From: Bacteroidales bacterium
GTDB taxonomy: Bacteria; Bacteroidota; Bacteroidia; Bacteroidales; VadinHA17
Assembly: GCA_025454775.1 (NCBI GenBank)
Contig: JALONU010000012.1
Location: forward strand, 1-48,294
Reading direction: 5' to 3'
Length of the DNA stretch: 48,294 nucleotides
In this document: positions 46,294 to 48,294 of the stretch, piece after piece
Layout of the letters: each line of letters starts with the position of its first letter
Numbering within the stretch: the first letter of the stretch is position 1
Notes under the pieces: generated by a model
Told to the model about the DNA's origin: nothing
The model's database searches: none
Seen by the model: only the letters and a program-made list of their open reading frames with translations
Program-made: the position numbers and the translations under genes

Positions 46294-46565
46294 CGACTAT
46301 AAAGGATGTAAATTTCTTCCGTTTAACTTTCTTTAACAGCAACGGTATCTTTGAATGGGTTGGATTGTTTCAGAAAAGAGGGTTAACTGTTCATTAAGCC
46401 TGCATTTTATTAAAAAAATGTTAATATTCAATAATTTAACTATTTACATTTTCGATTTATCAGTTCTGTATACTACCTTTGCACAGTATTTGGCACAATA
46501 TTTGGAGTACACTATACAGAGGTTTTTTTCATAGGTTAGGTTAGTTTTAGGGTTATTAAAGAAAT

Positions 46566-46600
46566 GAGCCGACCCTCCCCGGGCCGGCTCTTCTTATTTT
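46566..46600. terminator. GC-rich hairpin with flanking T/A tracts; terminator of the 46614..47114 gene, possibly bidirectional
   Basis: GAGCCGACC (46566-46574) pairs with GGCCGGCTC (46582-46590) with one mismatch. On the plus strand it is followed by TTCTTATTTT. On the minus strand it is followed by ATTTCTTTAAT. It lies 14 nt beyond the stop of the 46614 gene. Confidence 0.65.
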
Positions 46601-46613
46601 CTCCTGCCTGTGT

Positions 46614-47114
46614 TTATTTGTGCTTTGAAAGATTGATAACAGTGAGCACGTCAATGTTCTTTTGCCTTGCAGTTTGATAGAGATGTTTCCTGATGAGGGT
46701 AGCCTTTCTCCTCTGTATGTAGCTCAGGTCAATAACGTGAAAGGTCCCGTTGCCCAGTATCACCTTTGCTTTCCTCTCCTTGTGCGGCATTACCAGTTTT
46801 TTTACTTCTGTCCACGGGAAGGTGTATCTTTTGGGTCGGAAAATACCGTACCTGAATTCAATCTTCTCCTCATCTATAAGGAAGAAGATGTCTTTCCTCT
46901 TTACAGTGGCGAATACAGCAGTGATACCTATCAGGATCCCTATTCCCAGGGGCGCCAGTGCTAGCAGGGGTTTCACGGAGTGCTGGCCGAAAACAGGACT
47001 GAGTATTGCAACATAAGCTGCTCCCAGGAAGAAAAAAGCCGTGACTATCCATAATATCACTTTCCTGCTTTTTGAGACTTCCTCTTCCGAAAGGTTGAAA
47101 TAGAGCTTTTCCAT
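46614..47114 (-). CDS. Hypothetical membrane protein (two TM + PH-like soluble domain)
   Basis: 166 aa with two hydrophobic helices (residues ~20-75) followed by a basic ~90-aa domain. It starts 3 nt after the upstream gene and is followed by a terminator hairpin. Confidence 0.55.
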   Translation of the reverse strand: MEKLYFNLSEEEVSKSRKVILWIVTAFFFLGAAYVAILSPVFGQHSVKPLLALAPLGIGILIGITAVFATVKRKDIFFLIDEEKIEFRYGIFRPKRYTFPWTEVKKLVMPHKERKAKVILGNGTFHVIDLSYIQRRKATLIRKHLYQTARQKNIDVLTVINLSKHK

Positions 47115-47117
47115 AAC

Positions 47118-47561
47118 TTACTGAATTAGGTATTGCAGGTTTTTGTCTTTAAGGGATCGGTGGTCTATGCTGAAGACACCGGTAACAGATTCCGTTTCCC
47201 TGAGCCCCGTCAACACATTCTCGGTCTCTGTATTGTTTATTATATTGTTTATCATGAAGATATAGTCAATATTCCTGAGTTTTCCGAGCAGGATCTTCTT
47301 TTCGGAACGGTTGCAAATGAGTTCGTAAGAATGGCCGCTGTGTTCTGCTGTCCTATCGATGAACCTGCTGAAATGGGCCTCGTTTCCCCTCTCATCCCTG
47401 ATTACCAGGGGGCTGCTGCTTTTAAGTGATATCTTCAGCTTTTTATTGATCAGAAGGGATAGTTTATAGTCAGGTTCTGCCGAAGCAATACCTGCAAGAA
47501 CTGTTTGGCTTTCCTGGTTTACCTCAAGCTGAAGGCGTTTGATTTTGGGAGCGCCAGCCAT
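47118..47561 (-). CDS. Hypothetical protein, possibly IPExxxVDY family
   Basis: 147 aa. GIASAEPDYKLSLLINKKL and LGKLRNIDYIFMI resemble what I recall of the Bacteroidota IPExxxVDY family, which commonly neighbours rnc. This is unverified. Confidence 0.45.
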   Translation of the reverse strand: MAGAPKIKRLQLEVNQESQTVLAGIASAEPDYKLSLLINKKLKISLKSSSPLVIRDERGNEAHFSRFIDRTAEHSGHSYELICNRSEKKILLGKLRNIDYIFMINNIINNTETENVLTGLRETESVTGVFSIDHRSLKDKNLQYLIQ

Positions 47562-47622
47562 TATTTTTCAGCATATTCTATAAAGGTAGTAAAAAAAATG
47601 ACTGATCTCCGGCGGCGACTGA

Positions 47623-48294
47623 CTAAAAATCCCTGATCTTCTTCCATGCCTGCCCCGAAGCTTCCTGTTCAGCCTCCTTTTTTGAATCTCCCTGGCCTCT
47701 ACCGTATTCTTCCCTGTTTATGAAAAGGGTTGTGGAGAAGACCGACTTCCTGGATTCAAAATCGTATTCCTCCTCGTATGTGAAGATCAGGTTAGCCCGT
47801 TGCTTCTGCACCCACTCGAATACGAGGCTCTTGTAATCCGTGTCGGTCCTGGCAATCTCTTCAAGGTCGAGGTACTTCCTGAAAACTTTCTTTATAAACA
47901 GTTTTTTGGTCCTGCGGAAACCCTTGTCGATGAAGACAGCGCCTATTAGTGCTTCAAGGGCATCTCCGCACAGGTTTTTGGAGGAATGGACCGGGCTTAC
48001 ATTGCTGACAAGGATCTTGTTGATTCCCATCGACACGGCAAGGTTGTTAAGGACATCGCGGTTCACTATCCTCGATCGTATTTTTGTCAGGAAGCCCTCG
48101 GTGGCGTCGGGGAATTTTTCGAACAGGTAGTCTGACAGTACAGCATCAAGTATGGCGTCGCCGAGGTACTCAAGCCGCTCGTTGTTGATGCGCTGACCGT
48201 CGGGCAGCTTATATGATGCCGAGCGATGGATAAAGGCTATCTCGTAGAGCCTCAGGTTCCCTGGCCGGAAACCAAGGATTTTTCTTAAGCGGGA
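47623..48294 (-). CDS. rnc: Ribonuclease III (5' end beyond the right window edge)
   Basis: The track starts at an internal Met (48066), but the frame stays open to 48294. The upstream translation reads ...FIHRSASYKLPDGQRINNERLEYLGDAILDAVLSDYLF..., which carries the RNase III signature ERLEYLGDA. The C-terminus is a dsRBD (GRGQGDSKKEAEQEASGQAW). Confidence 0.92.
   Translation of the reverse strand, partial: SRLRKILGFRPGNLRLYEIAFIHRSASYKLPDGQRINNERLEYLGDAILDAVLSDYLFEKFPDATEGFLTKIRSRIVNRDVLNNLAVSMGINKILVSNVSPVHSSKNLCGDALEALIGAVFIDKGFRRTKKLFIKKVFRKYLDLEEIARTDTDYKSLVFEWVQKQRANLIFTYEEEYDFESRKSVFSTTLFINREEYGRGQGDSKKEAEQEASGQAWKKIRDF

Noticed and set aside
46525-46550. TTAGG/TTAGGG-like words (AGGTTAGGTTAGTTTTAGGGTTA) resembling telomeric repeats
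   Set aside because: There are only two or three short imperfect copies in an AT-rich bacterial spacer, which is most likely chance.

Overview
This 48.3-kb window looks like a densely coded piece of a Bacteroidota chromosome. The diagnostic signs are a fused lpxC-fabZ inside an HD/lpxD/lpxC-fabZ/lpxA block, a T9SS C-terminal sorting domain protein, GSCFA and CarboxypepD_reg-TonB receptor genes, and TAnnTTTG -7 promoter boxes a few to ~30 nt upstream of many start codons. I call 43 protein-coding genes, two of them cut by the window edges. I found no tRNA, rRNA, CRISPR array, integrase, transposase, reverse transcriptase, or recognisable defence or toxin gene.

Most of the window is core housekeeping:
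- lipid A and KDO genes (lpxD, lpxC-fabZ, lpxA, kdsB, lptE)
- thiL and yccF
- a complete suf Fe-S operon (sufBCDSE plus a DUF59 gene)
- queG and yjbQ
- secG-groES-groEL, lepA, an OmpR/histidine-kinase pair, and rnc

I do not see a clear-cut new system such as a defence island. The least ordinary part is the left 10.8 kb. There, an ABC ATPase and a 1164-aa protein sit head-to-tail with a TolC-MFP-RND-RND efflux module. The 1164-aa protein has a 7-TM permease domain fused to an ~880-aa extracytoplasmic region. That region looks M1-peptidase-like but has no HExxH, and it carries Gly/Met- and Gly/Pro-rich repeat inserts.

The second recurring oddity is a set of short structured repeat elements in intercistronic spacers:
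- tandem heptamers with hairpins after sufB, after sufE, and after the giant permease gene
- a 166-bp element bounded by 21-bp inverted repeats and built from CTTTGCG units

A 335-bp gene-free spacer (46279-46613) holds direct and inverted repeats, a sigma-54-like motif, and a terminator. It could be a regulatory site or a small RNA.

All coordinates of motifs and hairpins were read by eye. No searches or folding computations were run.
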